In this document: positions 8,929 through 17,039 of the stretch, one piece after another
How positions within the stretch are numbered: position 1 is the first letter of the stretch
Layout: the number at the start of each line of letters is the position of its first letter
Virus record (IMG/VR): IMGVR_UViG_3300032038_000063
Span: 6,907 to 70,906 of that record
Reading direction: 5' to 3' (one strand)
DNA from: a virus
Taxonomy: Duplodnaviria > Caudoviricetes
DNA: 64,000 nucleotides
Translations under genes and position numbers: made by a program
The notes under the pieces: model-generated
Seen by the model: only the letters and a program-made list of their open reading frames with translations
What the model was told of the DNA's origin: nothing
Databases searched by the model: none

Positions 8929-9105
8929 ATGGAAATCGAGACATTGAAGGCCATCTACGAGGAGAAACAGGCAAAGTACCAGTCGCTGTGCGATGCGTTG
9001 AATGCTGCCAACGAGGCGCAGAGAAGAATCAAGGAGATGTGCGACGCCGCCATGACCGACATGCACAAGGCTGGCGAGGAGCTTCTTGGAGCCATGAAGC
9101 AGTAG
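8929..9105 (+). CDS. Small coiled-coil protein (58 aa)
   Basis: AGGA RBS; the only ORF between P3 and a terminator; read by hand. Confidence 0.6.
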   Translation: MEIETLKAIYEEKQAKYQSLCDALNAANEAQRRIKEMCDAAMTDMHKAGEELLGAMKQ

Positions 9106-9133
9106 ATAGCATAAAAGCAATGGTTTCACCTAT

Positions 9134-9166
9134 GGAGGGTCGGTTTTCTGGCCCTCCAAATTTTTT
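9134..9166 (+). terminator. Intrinsic terminator
   Basis: GGAGGGTCGG-tttt-CTGGCCCTCC, then aaaTTTTTT. Confidence 0.75.
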
Positions 9167-9176
9167 GAAAAAGTTC

Positions 9177-9205
9177 TTTACATTTATGTTGTACTGTTGT
9201 ATACT
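9177..9205 (+). promoter_or_regulatory. Promoter P4
   Basis: TTTACA-N17-TATACT. Confidence 0.85.
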
Positions 9206-9246
9206 GTAATTAAGGCAAAGGGAAAACAACCCGAAAGGAAACTACC

Positions 9247-9519
9247 ATGTATCAGGACTTCGAGACTTTGAACGACCTCATTGAGTATCTTCAGGAATTG
9301 GCGGAGCAGGAGGACAAGGACGGCAACCTCATAGGTGAGCTTCCAGTGGCGATAGCCCACCAGCAGAACTGGCCGCTGGCAGAGCGAATCAGCGCGGTGA
9401 CCGTGGCAGAACGGGACGGCAACAAGGTATGGATTGCGGCAAGCCCTGCATACAATCTCGACTACGCCCCGAGGAGCGCTTGGGAAGGCGGCATCGAGGG
9501 AATCGATTGGGAGGAGTAG
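9247..9519 (+). CDS. Hypothetical acidic protein
   Basis: GAAAGGA RBS after P4. Confidence 0.65.
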   Translation: MYQDFETLNDLIEYLQELAEQEDKDGNLIGELPVAIAHQQNWPLAERISAVTVAERDGNKVWIAASPAYNLDYAPRSAWEGGIEGIDWEE

Positions 9520-9521
9520 GC

Positions 9522-9761
9522 ATGGACGAGAGTATGACAAGAAAGGTGCTTGACCAGTTCCACAAGGAGTACGACTTCATGTACGAGCACGACCGCACGG
9601 CATACGTCGCTGGGTACGACGAGGCTCTGGAATACGGGGACAGGCTCATAGCAGAGCGCCATCCGATAGTAGCGAGCCTATGCAAGATGAGAGGCGACAT
9701 ATTCTCAAGCGACAGGGAGGTGGCCGCACTAGGGTTTGCGGTATCGGAGATACTGGGATAG
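9522..9761 (+). CDS. Hypothetical protein
   Basis: GGAG RBS; C-terminal part of track ORF 9429..9761. Confidence 0.55.
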   Translation: MDESMTRKVLDQFHKEYDFMYEHDRTAYVAGYDEALEYGDRLIAERHPIVASLCKMRGDIFSSDREVAALGFAVSEILG

Positions 9762-9772
9762 AAAGCAATGTG

Positions 9773-9873
9773 GCCCTGAGACAACCTAAGCTGTTCTCAG
9801 GGCTTTTCTCTAATCAGTCCAACAACTACACCAGAAACGAATGGAAGCTCCTCAAATCGCCCCAAAACAAGCC
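9773..9873 (+). repeat. Conserved hairpin + CTCAAATCG element upstream of promoter (copy 1)
   Basis: GCCCTGAGA..TCTCAGGGC-TTTT ... acacca ... CTCAAATCGC; related copies at 15896 and 32791. Confidence 0.7.
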
Positions 9874-9883
9874 AAAAAAGTTC

Positions 9884-9912
9884 TTTACATATAGCAGACA
9901 ATACTATATACT
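9884..9912 (+). promoter_or_regulatory. Promoter P5
   Basis: TTTACA-N17-TATACT. Confidence 0.85.
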
Positions 9913-9950
9913 AGACTATAGCAAAGGAAAAAAGGCGAGGGGAGCCTACA

Positions 9951-10151
9951 ATGACAAGCATCTACATCACAAGCGCAGGTGGGACCTTGGTGGCAGAGGT
10001 CAACGGCGTTAAGCGTTATGAACTCACCGACTGCATCTACGACATGGGCTGGGGCTTCGGCGAGTGCCACGAGATAGACTTCGACATGGACGAGCAAAAC
10101 GACGTGTGGGCGCTTGTCGACGCAATTTACGAAGAGAGCGAGGAGGAGTAG
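9951..10151 (+). CDS. Small acidic hypothetical protein
   Basis: GGAG RBS after P5. Confidence 0.6.
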   Translation: MTSIYITSAGGTLVAEVNGVKRYELTDCIYDMGWGFGECHEIDFDMDEQNDVWALVDAIYEESEEE

Positions 10152-10153
10152 CG

Positions 10154-10405
10154 ATGACCACGGCAGGGAAACTCAAGGCCGCGTGCGCAAAGGCTAGGAA
10201 GGCCACCGAGACCGCAAGGTGGGCTGCTTTTGACGAAAGCCTCACGGAGGAGGAGTTCGACCAGATATGCGAGGACGAGCTTGAGGCAAAGAGGACGTTC
10301 ACCGTGCACCTCACGAGCTTCCTCGGAATCAGCATGGAGGCGGCTCACAGGATGGTATTGCTCAGGTTCGACGATACGTGCGCACTGGTGTCAAAGCTTG
10401 CGTAA
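10154..10405 (+). CDS. Hypothetical protein
   Basis: GGAGG RBS, ATG 10154. Confidence 0.55.
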   Translation: MTTAGKLKAACAKARKATETARWAAFDESLTEEEFDQICEDELEAKRTFTVHLTSFLGISMEAAHRMVLLRFDDTCALVSKLA

Positions 10406-10420
10406 AGGAAGGTGTCAGCT

Positions 10421-10771
10421 ATGACCAAGCTCATGGAGTACACATTCATGGACTGCCACGACAGGATGGAGGCATTGAGAGAGTCGGACATCGACAGGTA
10501 CTTTCGCATTCTGGAGCTTTCGGTTGATGAGAGCGAGGACATAGCAAGGCTGCTCATGTACGCCGCATACTTCCACGGATGCGTACTGATAAGACGCGAG
10601 GGACATGGGACGCAATGGCATTACCTCCACAAGTCTGCAAAGTACGGCAACGACCTACAGCTCACCACATGGGACGAGTACGGCCCAGTGAGCGACGAGA
10701 GGATAAGGGAGTCGGGAGACCTCTCGTATCTCATGAACGGTACCGTAAAGGCATACACGGAAACCGTTTAA
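10421..10771 (+). CDS. Hypothetical protein
   Basis: AAGGAAGG RBS. Confidence 0.55.
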   Translation: MTKLMEYTFMDCHDRMEALRESDIDRYFRILELSVDESEDIARLLMYAAYFHGCVLIRREGHGTQWHYLHKSAKYGNDLQLTTWDEYGPVSDERIRESGDLSYLMNGTVKAYTETV

Positions 10772-10779
10772 GAAAGTTC

Positions 10780-10808
10780 TTTACAAATTTAAACATTTAC
10801 TATATAAT
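10780..10808 (+). promoter_or_regulatory. Promoter P6
   Basis: TTTACA-N17-TATAAT. Confidence 0.85.
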
Positions 10809-10846
10809 GTATAGTACAGCAAAGGAAAAAAGAAAGGAGCTGTGAT

Positions 10847-11197
10847 ATGAGGGTTTGGAGCACCCACAGGCCAGTAAGCATCGGGACATACCCGAGAGAG
10901 TACGGCGTCATCGCCATCCACAACTTCGACCGCAGGGAATGGGTCGAGGAGATTCACAACTACGCTTGGGGCTACATCGACTTCGAGCAGGACCTTCCGA
11001 AGCCTGAGCAGGACCACTACGACCTGCGTCCAGAGCGTCACGCCAACAAGGAGCTTGAGCAGGCTGCAAGGGCCATGGCGAGGGCACTCCAAAAGAGCGA
11101 CATGAGCCGCATTACCAAGATTCTCGAAAGGGCATACGACAAGGGACTGATAGAAAGCGACGATGAGCTGGTCAAAGAGGCACAGCTCTACATGTAG
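10847..11197 (+). CDS. Protein with STHRPVSIGTYP...AWGY motif (DarA C-terminal-domain-like, tentative)
   Basis: STHRPVSIGTYP..IHNFD.R..AWGYIDF..L..YDLRP resembles a mobile-element domain recalled from memory. Confidence 0.45.
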   Translation: MRVWSTHRPVSIGTYPREYGVIAIHNFDRREWVEEIHNYAWGYIDFEQDLPKPEQDHYDLRPERHANKELEQAARAMARALQKSDMSRITKILERAYDKGLIESDDELVKEAQLYM

Positions 11198-11214
11198 CGA
11201 AGGAAGGAAACGAA

Positions 11215-12003
11215 ATGCCACTAATCTACACACCGAGGGGACGGGCTAGGGAGTATAGCCCGAGGGCGCTCAACATCTACCTGTCATGCACGCACGGGTG
11301 CGAGTACTGCTATGCCCCCAGTTGCAGGCATCAGACTAGGGAGCAGTACTTCGCCAAGCCGTGGCCGCGCAAGGACATAGCCAAGAAGCTCTGGAAGGAG
11401 CTTGACCAAGAATCTCCAAAGGAGCAGGTTCTTCTGAGCTTCATCGGTGACGTGTACTGCGAGACGCACGACGAGAACATGGCCACGAGGGAGTGTCTGG
11501 AAGCGCTCTATGCACACAACGTCCCTGTGGCGATACTTACCAAAGGCGGGTACAGGTGCCTCAATGACCTAGAGCTGTTCCGAAAGTTCGGAGAGCACAT
11601 CATGGTGGGAACGACGCTCACGTTCGACAACCCGACAGACAGCTCAAGATGGGAGAGCGGCGCGGCCAGTCCATACGAGAGGGTCGATACGCTCGAAAGG
11701 CTTCACAAGTCTGGCATAAGGACGTTCGCCAGCTTCGAGCCTGTCATAGACCCAGCCCAGAGCCTACACCTGATGAACATCACGATAGACGTTGATTGCG
11801 TCGATGTCTACAAGATAGGAAAGCTCAACAACTATAGGGGGCTGGACAAGCAAATCGACTGGACTGACTTCCTTGGAAAGGCGGTGGGCATTCTTCGTGA
11901 GGCGGGAAAGGAGTTCTACGTGAAGGAGGACTTGAGGAGATGCGCTCCGACAGTCGAGCTGTTCGGCGATGAAACCATTGCGGATGCTCATTGCGTGAGA
12001 TGA
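11215..12003 (+). CDS. Radical SAM protein, spore-photoproduct-lyase-like family
   Basis: CTHGCEYC (CxxxCxxC), SFIGDVY, ILTKGG, SFEPVIDP. Confidence 0.85.
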   Translation: MPLIYTPRGRAREYSPRALNIYLSCTHGCEYCYAPSCRHQTREQYFAKPWPRKDIAKKLWKELDQESPKEQVLLSFIGDVYCETHDENMATRECLEALYAHNVPVAILTKGGYRCLNDLELFRKFGEHIMVGTTLTFDNPTDSSRWESGAASPYERVDTLERLHKSGIRTFASFEPVIDPAQSLHLMNITIDVDCVDVYKIGKLNNYRGLDKQIDWTDFLGKAVGILREAGKEFYVKEDLRRCAPTVELFGDETIADAHCVR

Positions 12004-12057
12004 GGAAGGTGGGAATACCCACCTGCTGAATGTTGGGAGAGTTGGAGGTTTTGAAGC

Positions 12058-12228
12058 ATGGATGATGAGCTGACATGCACATTCTGCGGAGCTAAGAGGT
12101 CGCAGGTCAGTAAGATGGTCACGAACAGCCACGGCGCTGTCATATGCGACGAGTGCGTTATGCAGGCGCTTCGGCTGATGGTGTATGGACAAGCAAGAGA
12201 CGAGGGAGAAGACAATGGGAGGACTTGA
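12058..12228 (+). CDS. Stand-alone ClpX C4-type zinc-finger protein (56 aa)
   Basis: LTCTFCGAKRSQVSKMV...GAVICDECV; GGAGG RBS; read by hand. Confidence 0.75.
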   Translation: MDDELTCTFCGAKRSQVSKMVTNSHGAVICDECVMQALRLMVYGQARDEGEDNGRT

Positions 12229-12478
12229 GTACAAAACCACGGTTCCTAGGTGTCAGGCCATGGTCGATGAAATCACAGTCGAGTTCGATGAATACGGAAT
12301 GTTAGAGCATAGGACTGGAAAGCGGGATAAAGTCCTAGTATGGCCCATACCAACAAAAGACGGTGAATTTGTCGTGGAGTACGAGGAAGGGTACTGCGGG
12401 AGGGTAAAACCCGAACGCCTGAAGTTCCTAGACAGCAAGGAGATTTTCGACCAGTACGATTGGAGCCAGCATGCCTAG
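12215..12478 (+). CDS. Hypothetical protein
   Basis: GGAG RBS. Confidence 0.5.
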   Translation: MGGLEYKTTVPRCQAMVDEITVEFDEYGMLEHRTGKRDKVLVWPIPTKDGEFVVEYEEGYCGRVKPERLKFLDSKEIFDQYDWSQHA

Positions 12479-12674
12479 ACGCAGGTTTGCAGATGCCGCA
12501 GGATACACTCACCACTGCTGGGAGTGCAGTCACGCGAAGGGTTGGAGGCGCGTCAGCACCATCGATGGACATGAGGCCCAGTGCGAGCTTACTGGCGCAA
12601 GGGTCGGCAAGTACGACAGCCCGAACAACCCTTGCAGCCGCATACCAGACGGGTGCGATTGGAGTGAGTCATGA
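12471..12674 (+). CDS. Small Cys-rich hypothetical protein
   Basis: HHCWEC..C..C..C. Confidence 0.5.
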   Translation: MPRRRFADAAGYTHHCWECSHAKGWRRVSTIDGHEAQCELTGARVGKYDSPNNPCSRIPDGCDWSES

Positions 12675-13063
12675 CCATAGACGATGCGATAGAGTACGAA
12701 AGACGTGTCGCTAGGGAGCATAGATACGGAGAGAAAGACCATGCGTATCACATGCAACTCGCCGAATGGTTGAGACAGGCGCGTGGGTCAGAGAAGGCCG
12801 CAAGGTGGTACACGAAGAAGATTGAGGAGCTTGAGAACAGGGTCAACGCCCTTGCAAGACTGCTTGACGAGATGACCGAGGAGCATTGCAAGCAGATTAA
12901 TGAGAACAAGGAGCTTCGTAGTCTGCTATCCGCTTACTACAACGCACCGTGCTCCAATTGCGACCCGTGGTCTGATTCGTGGGGTGGATGCATGCATAGC
13001 GATTGCGGAAACTGCATGCTTGCAAAGAAGGCGGTCGAGCTTGGAATATCGGAGCGGGAATGA
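12671..13063 (+). CDS. ENxKLREL...RELGIEV family protein, divergent (copy 3)
   Basis: AIEYERRVA..HMQLAEWL N-terminus; ENKELRSLL..CSNC..C..CGNC..AVELGISERE. Confidence 0.55.
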   Translation: MTIDDAIEYERRVAREHRYGEKDHAYHMQLAEWLRQARGSEKAARWYTKKIEELENRVNALARLLDEMTEEHCKQINENKELRSLLSAYYNAPCSNCDPWSDSWGGCMHSDCGNCMLAKKAVELGISERE

Positions 13064-13350
13064 TTACATTTGAGCGTCCAAAAGAGCGTGTGGTCGGAGT
13101 CGGCGAGCACATAGAAGGAATTGGCGTGGTTCTCGACCCTGATGACTTTCTAAACTATGCTGAAGCTATTCATAGGCAGACAGCGCAAATAGACAAGTCA
13201 ATCAGGGAGATGAACAGAAAGATAGCGACCGGGTATCCATCCAACCTATGTGAGTACTTCACCTTCAACAACATCGACTTCGAACACGACGATATCCATT
13301 GCACGGTAGACTTCGACGGACTGCGGAAGAAGGCGTGGATGGAGCAATGA
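13060..13350 (+). CDS. Hypothetical protein
   Basis: ATGA overlap with the upstream gene. Confidence 0.5.
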   Translation: MITFERPKERVVGVGEHIEGIGVVLDPDDFLNYAEAIHRQTAQIDKSIREMNRKIATGYPSNLCEYFTFNNIDFEHDDIHCTVDFDGLRKKAWMEQ

Positions 13351-13450
13351 CCACCGAGCAAATCATAGGCTTCACGCTCATCGGTATAATACTCCTTGTG
13401 GCCGTGGGCGTTGTGTGCTACGTCCTCGGATACGAAGTTGGAAGGGGCAA

Positions 13451-13939
13451 ATGATGCCAGCCGAAATCACCTGCCAAGTCTGCGGGAAGGTCTTCGTCGG
13501 TCGCAAAGGCTCGAAGTACTGTTGCAAGGCGTGCTACCGCAAAGCGTCCGAGCAGAGGAGAAAGCAGGCCGATTCGACATTTTTTGATAGATGCCTACCA
13601 TCGGCTATAAAAGCCGTGGCAGCTTGCGACGAAGAGACAATCGACAGGTTGACCTCGATTTTCGCCACGAACGACCGCTACTCCGCGTCAAAGCTGAAAA
13701 GAGGATGGGTGCAGAGCGGGCCGTCATTCAAGGGACGAGTCTGCGAAGTCTGCGGAAGGAAATTCAATGCAAATAGCTCGACTCAAAAGTATTGCAGCCG
13801 TGAGTGCGTCAAGGTCGCAAAGAAGAGGAAGCAGATTACGACCAAGGATAGGCACACGGAGGCCGCGAGGATTGCGGTTGGCGGGCTGTCTGACGAGGCT
13901 CGGACGAGGCTTGCACACTTGATGGGAGTTGATGATTGA
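13451..13939 (+). CDS. Protein with two CxxC-x-YCxxxC zinc-ribbon repeats
   Basis: CQVCGKVF..KYCCKAC and CEVCGRKF..KYCSREC. Confidence 0.7.
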   Translation: MMPAEITCQVCGKVFVGRKGSKYCCKACYRKASEQRRKQADSTFFDRCLPSAIKAVAACDEETIDRLTSIFATNDRYSASKLKRGWVQSGPSFKGRVCEVCGRKFNANSSTQKYCSRECVKVAKKRKQITTKDRHTEAARIAVGGLSDEARTRLAHLMGVDD

Positions 13940-14391
13940 TGGCATGGGACAAGGACAGACCAGTAGCGCCGTTCGGAGTCTACGGGAAGAAGACGTTTGC
14001 ATACGCTGACGGCAAGCGCGAGGACATGATGCCGTTCACCTACCACAAGCCGAGCGAAGAGGACATCGAAGAGGCTTGGAAGAGCGGAAGAGCAGTGGTC
14101 GTTCCGTATGAAGGTGGCTGGAACGGAGTCGAGTTCAGGCCGTTCAAAGACGTCGAGCTGAACCTGACGTATGCAGGCTGCAAAGGAGAAAGAAGCACGT
14201 TCTGGTGGAGGGACAAGAACGGCGTGACCTATCCGATGTTTGCCAAAGAGATTGACAGGCTGCTGGAAATGGGACTCCTGTCAAGAGTCATGGGCGGAGT
14301 CTGGTCGGCAGAGAAGAGGGGCCAGAACTACGGGATAAGGCTTGAGCAACTGCACTTCAGGGATTCATCGGCCAATACGACTTCCGAGTAA
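13936..14391 (+). CDS. Hypothetical protein
   Basis: ORF coupled to the upstream gene. Confidence 0.6.
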   Translation: MMAWDKDRPVAPFGVYGKKTFAYADGKREDMMPFTYHKPSEEDIEEAWKSGRAVVVPYEGGWNGVEFRPFKDVELNLTYAGCKGERSTFWWRDKNGVTYPMFAKEIDRLLEMGLLSRVMGGVWSAEKRGQNYGIRLEQLHFRDSSANTTSE

Positions 14392-14438
14392 AAGAAGGGC
14401 CTCGGGTCGAGATTGACTCACATCCAATTGCAGCAGAC

Positions 14439-14468
14439 GGGGAGGGCAAAACCTCCCCAATTTTTTTT
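14439..14468 (+). terminator. Intrinsic terminator
   Basis: GGGGAGG-gcaaaa-CCTCCCC-aa-T8. Confidence 0.85.
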
Positions 14469-14478
14469 GAAAAAGTTC

Positions 14479-14507
14479 TTTACACCAACAATGAACTAGT
14501 GTATAAT
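14479..14507 (+). promoter_or_regulatory. Promoter P7
   Basis: TTTACA-N17-TATAAT. Confidence 0.85.
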
Positions 14508-14550
14508 ATGAATTAAGCAAAGGGAAAAACAAGCCCAAGGAGGAGCCAAA

Positions 14551-14736
14551 ATGACTTACAGGATTTACAAGGGTTACAGCGGAACCAAGTGTGTTCGCAA
14601 GTTCGACAACCTCGATGACGCGAAGATGTGGTGCTGGCTCAAGGACAGGGGCGAGGAGCCGTATCGAATCGAATGGGTCGAGGAAGCTGACGAGGAGCAC
14701 GGAATACCGGAGCGCAAGAACAAGATGTTCTTCTAG
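14551..14736 (+). CDS. Small hypothetical protein
   Basis: GGAGG RBS after P7. Confidence 0.65.
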   Translation: MTYRIYKGYSGTKCVRKFDNLDDAKMWCWLKDRGEEPYRIEWVEEADEEHGIPERKNKMFF

Positions 14737-14796
14737 GACAAGGCCAACGGGAGGGGCTTAATCCTCCCATCAATGGCAAGAAAAGGAGAGGGAACC

Positions 14797-15246
14797 ATGA
14801 AGGAAAACAAGGTGATGAACGAACTCACCAAGAAGCTCAACGCATACGAGCGTGAGCGCAAGGCATACGAGGACTCAAAGGAGGAGGCGCGCAAGCAGGG
14901 CCACGAGGCGTTGATGGATTGGTACGAGAACGGCCCCAAGAAGCCTGAATATCCGCTCACTGGCGGTCAGTCTAAGGCATGGAGCATGTGGTACTGGAAC
15001 GAGCGAGATGAGATGAACTTCGATGACTTCGTGTGGGAGCACGATGCCAAGGACTTCATCGACACGCTGAGGGCGGCAGGGGTCAAGACCTTCACGGTCA
15101 CCAACCAGAGCACGTCACTGATGGAGAACATGCACTGGTTCCAGCAGAACGGTTGCACGCTCATGGGGCTGTGCGAGGTCGAGGAGACCGACGAGTGGAA
15201 CCGAAAGCACTACGGGAACAAGATGGGCGTGAGGTTCGCCCTCTAG
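14797..15246 (+). CDS. Conserved phage/mobile-element protein
   Basis: DFVW..DAKDFIDTLRAAGVKTFTVTNQSTSLMENM. Confidence 0.7.
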   Translation: MKENKVMNELTKKLNAYERERKAYEDSKEEARKQGHEALMDWYENGPKKPEYPLTGGQSKAWSMWYWNERDEMNFDDFVWEHDAKDFIDTLRAAGVKTFTVTNQSTSLMENMHWFQQNGCTLMGLCEVEETDEWNRKHYGNKMGVRFAL

Positions 15247-15311
15247 AGCCTTCAACACGGCAACGGGCTGGTGCCGAAAAACCAGCCCACGCTCAAAGGA
15301 TTGGAGAGAAT

Positions 15312-15887
15312 ATGGGACTCGACCAGTGGCTAGTAACGAACAGCAAGGGAATGAGCAAGGCAATCAATAAGCTGGAGAAAGGAGCGCCCGACTACGAGAC
15401 AAGATGGGTCAATTACCGTTCGAGGAATGGGATAGTGGCCGAGTGGAGAAAGGCCAACCAGATTCACGGATGGTTTGTCAAGAACGTGCAGGACGGCAAG
15501 GACGATTGCGGTCGCTACGAGGTGGAAGTCAGCCAACTCAAGGAACTTCTTGAAACAGTGGACAAGGTTCTGGATAGCACGAGGCTAGTCAAGGGCATGG
15601 TGAGCAACGGATACTCCTACGACCACAATCTCAACAAGGTCCACCACATGGCAGAGGGCCTAGTGCTTGAGGACTCAAAGACGGCCAGAGAGCTGTTGCC
15701 GACCCAAGAGGGATTCTTCTTCGGAGGCACCGACTACGACGAGTATTATTGGTGCGACCTAGAGTGCACAAAGGAGCAGTTGGAGAAGATTCTCGGAATG
15801 GTGGAGAAGGGCGAGGACGGCTGGGGCTGGCATTACAAGGGTGAGGAAGACTGGAACCTCACCATAACGTACCACTCAAGTTGGTAG
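15312..15887 (+). CDS. Conserved phage protein (MGLD..WRKANQIHGWF family)
   Basis: MGLDQWL...EWRKANQIHGWFV...GFFFGGTDYDEYY. Confidence 0.75.
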   Translation: MGLDQWLVTNSKGMSKAINKLEKGAPDYETRWVNYRSRNGIVAEWRKANQIHGWFVKNVQDGKDDCGRYEVEVSQLKELLETVDKVLDSTRLVKGMVSNGYSYDHNLNKVHHMAEGLVLEDSKTARELLPTQEGFFFGGTDYDEYYWCDLECTKEQLEKILGMVEKGEDGWGWHYKGEEDWNLTITYHSSW

Positions 15888-15895
15888 GAACCATA

Positions 15896-15997
15896 GGCCC
15901 TGAGACGCACACAGCCAATCTCAGGGCCTTTTGTGCTCAAACATTGACAACCCACCAGACAAGAGAACCAAAGGCTCAAATCGGCTTAAAATTGCCC
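15896..15997 (+). repeat. Conserved hairpin + CTCAAATCG element (copy 2)
   Basis: GGCCCTGAGA..TCTCAGGGCC-TTTT ... CTCAAATCGGC. Confidence 0.7.
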
Positions 15998-16007
15998 AAA
16001 ATAATTC

Positions 16008-16036
16008 TTTACATCCATAATCAGTTAATGTATAAT
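16008..16036 (+). promoter_or_regulatory. Promoter P8
   Basis: TTTACA-N17-TATAAT. Confidence 0.85.
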
Positions 16037-16075
16037 AAAGTTAAAGCAAGGGGATACAAAAGAAGGGAACCAGCG

Positions 16076-16279
16076 ATGAAGGTACAGGAACTCAGGAAGA
16101 ACGACAGGCTCTACAGCAACGTGTGCGGCCACAGGTATTGGTACTTCACGGGAAGGACGCTCAAGAAGACGGGTTATCCCGACTGGGGCAAGGTCAAGAG
16201 GTATCGCTTCGAGGATGTCTGTGGACACACAGAGGACTACACGGCAGAGGAAATCGAGAAGCACTTCGAGAAGCGCTAG
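16076..16279 (+). CDS. Small basic hypothetical protein
   Basis: AAGGGA RBS; ATG 16076 after P8. Confidence 0.6.
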   Translation: MKVQELRKNDRLYSNVCGHRYWYFTGRTLKKTGYPDWGKVKRYRFEDVCGHTEDYTAEEIEKHFEKR

Positions 16280-16341
16280 ACAAGCAAAGGAAAATCTGGG
16301 AACGGGAAACAGGCATCACCATTCCCGCGTATGGAAGGAGA
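16275..16341 (+). repeat. ~67-bp direct repeat, copy 1
   Basis: GCTAGACAAGCAAAGGAAAATCTGGGAACGGGAAACAGG... repeated at 16968. Confidence 0.9.
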
Positions 16342-16348
16342 TTCGGCA

Positions 16349-16972
16349 ATGGGTGCATGCAACTTCATCGAGTTTTCTAAGGCAAAGACGGCACGCGAGG
16401 CGTTTGATGCGTTGGTAAGCGACGCAGAGTTCCAATACGGGCATGGCCCTTACAACGGAACAATATCAACTACAAGGCTCAGCAGCAGGTCGCCAAAGGT
16501 AGTCCGCAAACAGTACACGGAAAAGGCCCGTGAAGAGGCAACGAAGATTGCAGAGATGGATGGATGGGGCGAGAAGTGGGAGTCTCGCATCCTAGACCTC
16601 GGAATCGTCGGATGGGAGGTGTCTACCTACGAGAAGACGCCACGCACGTCTCAGATAGCTGCCAAGGTCTCCTATCAGACGTTCTATGTGGGATACGCGG
16701 ACGATAATGAGATATGTTGCGAGAAGACGGCGGCTGCGGCAAAGCAGAGGGTAATCGACCACATGGAACGCAACGGACATGGCGTGGTCGAGCGCTATCA
16801 GGTTAGAAAGGAGAGTAGATGTCTCAAGGATGGCAAGGTCATGAACCAGAACAGGGTTGACACACGCTCTTTCGAGATGGTCCGCAAAACACGGGTCACG
16901 AAATCAAAGCCAAAGAGCAGAAACGCAAGGGCAGTACACATGTGGGCGTTCTACGGCTGGGCAAGCTGCTAG
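16349..16972 (+). CDS. Hypothetical protein between the direct repeats
   Basis: MGAC..F..A..AREAFDALV..A...YGHGPYNGTIST. Confidence 0.7.
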   Translation: MGACNFIEFSKAKTAREAFDALVSDAEFQYGHGPYNGTISTTRLSSRSPKVVRKQYTEKAREEATKIAEMDGWGEKWESRILDLGIVGWEVSTYEKTPRTSQIAAKVSYQTFYVGYADDNEICCEKTAAAAKQRVIDHMERNGHGVVERYQVRKESRCLKDGKVMNQNRVDTRSFEMVRKTRVTKSKPKSRNARAVHMWAFYGWASC

Positions 16973-17034
16973 ACAAGCAAAGGAAAATCTGGGAACGGGA
17001 AACAGGGATTACCGTTCCCGCATATGAAAGGAGA
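16968..17034 (+). repeat. ~67-bp direct repeat, copy 2
   Basis: First 39 bp identical to copy 1, remainder near-identical; contains a GGGAACGG/CCGTTCCC stem. Confidence 0.9.
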
Positions 17035-17039
17035 AACAG

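Noticed and set aside
15033-15311. Track N-terminal extension of ORF 15033..15887
   Set aside because: It overlaps gene 14797..15246 and an intergenic hairpin. The conserved MGLD start with RBS is at 15312.
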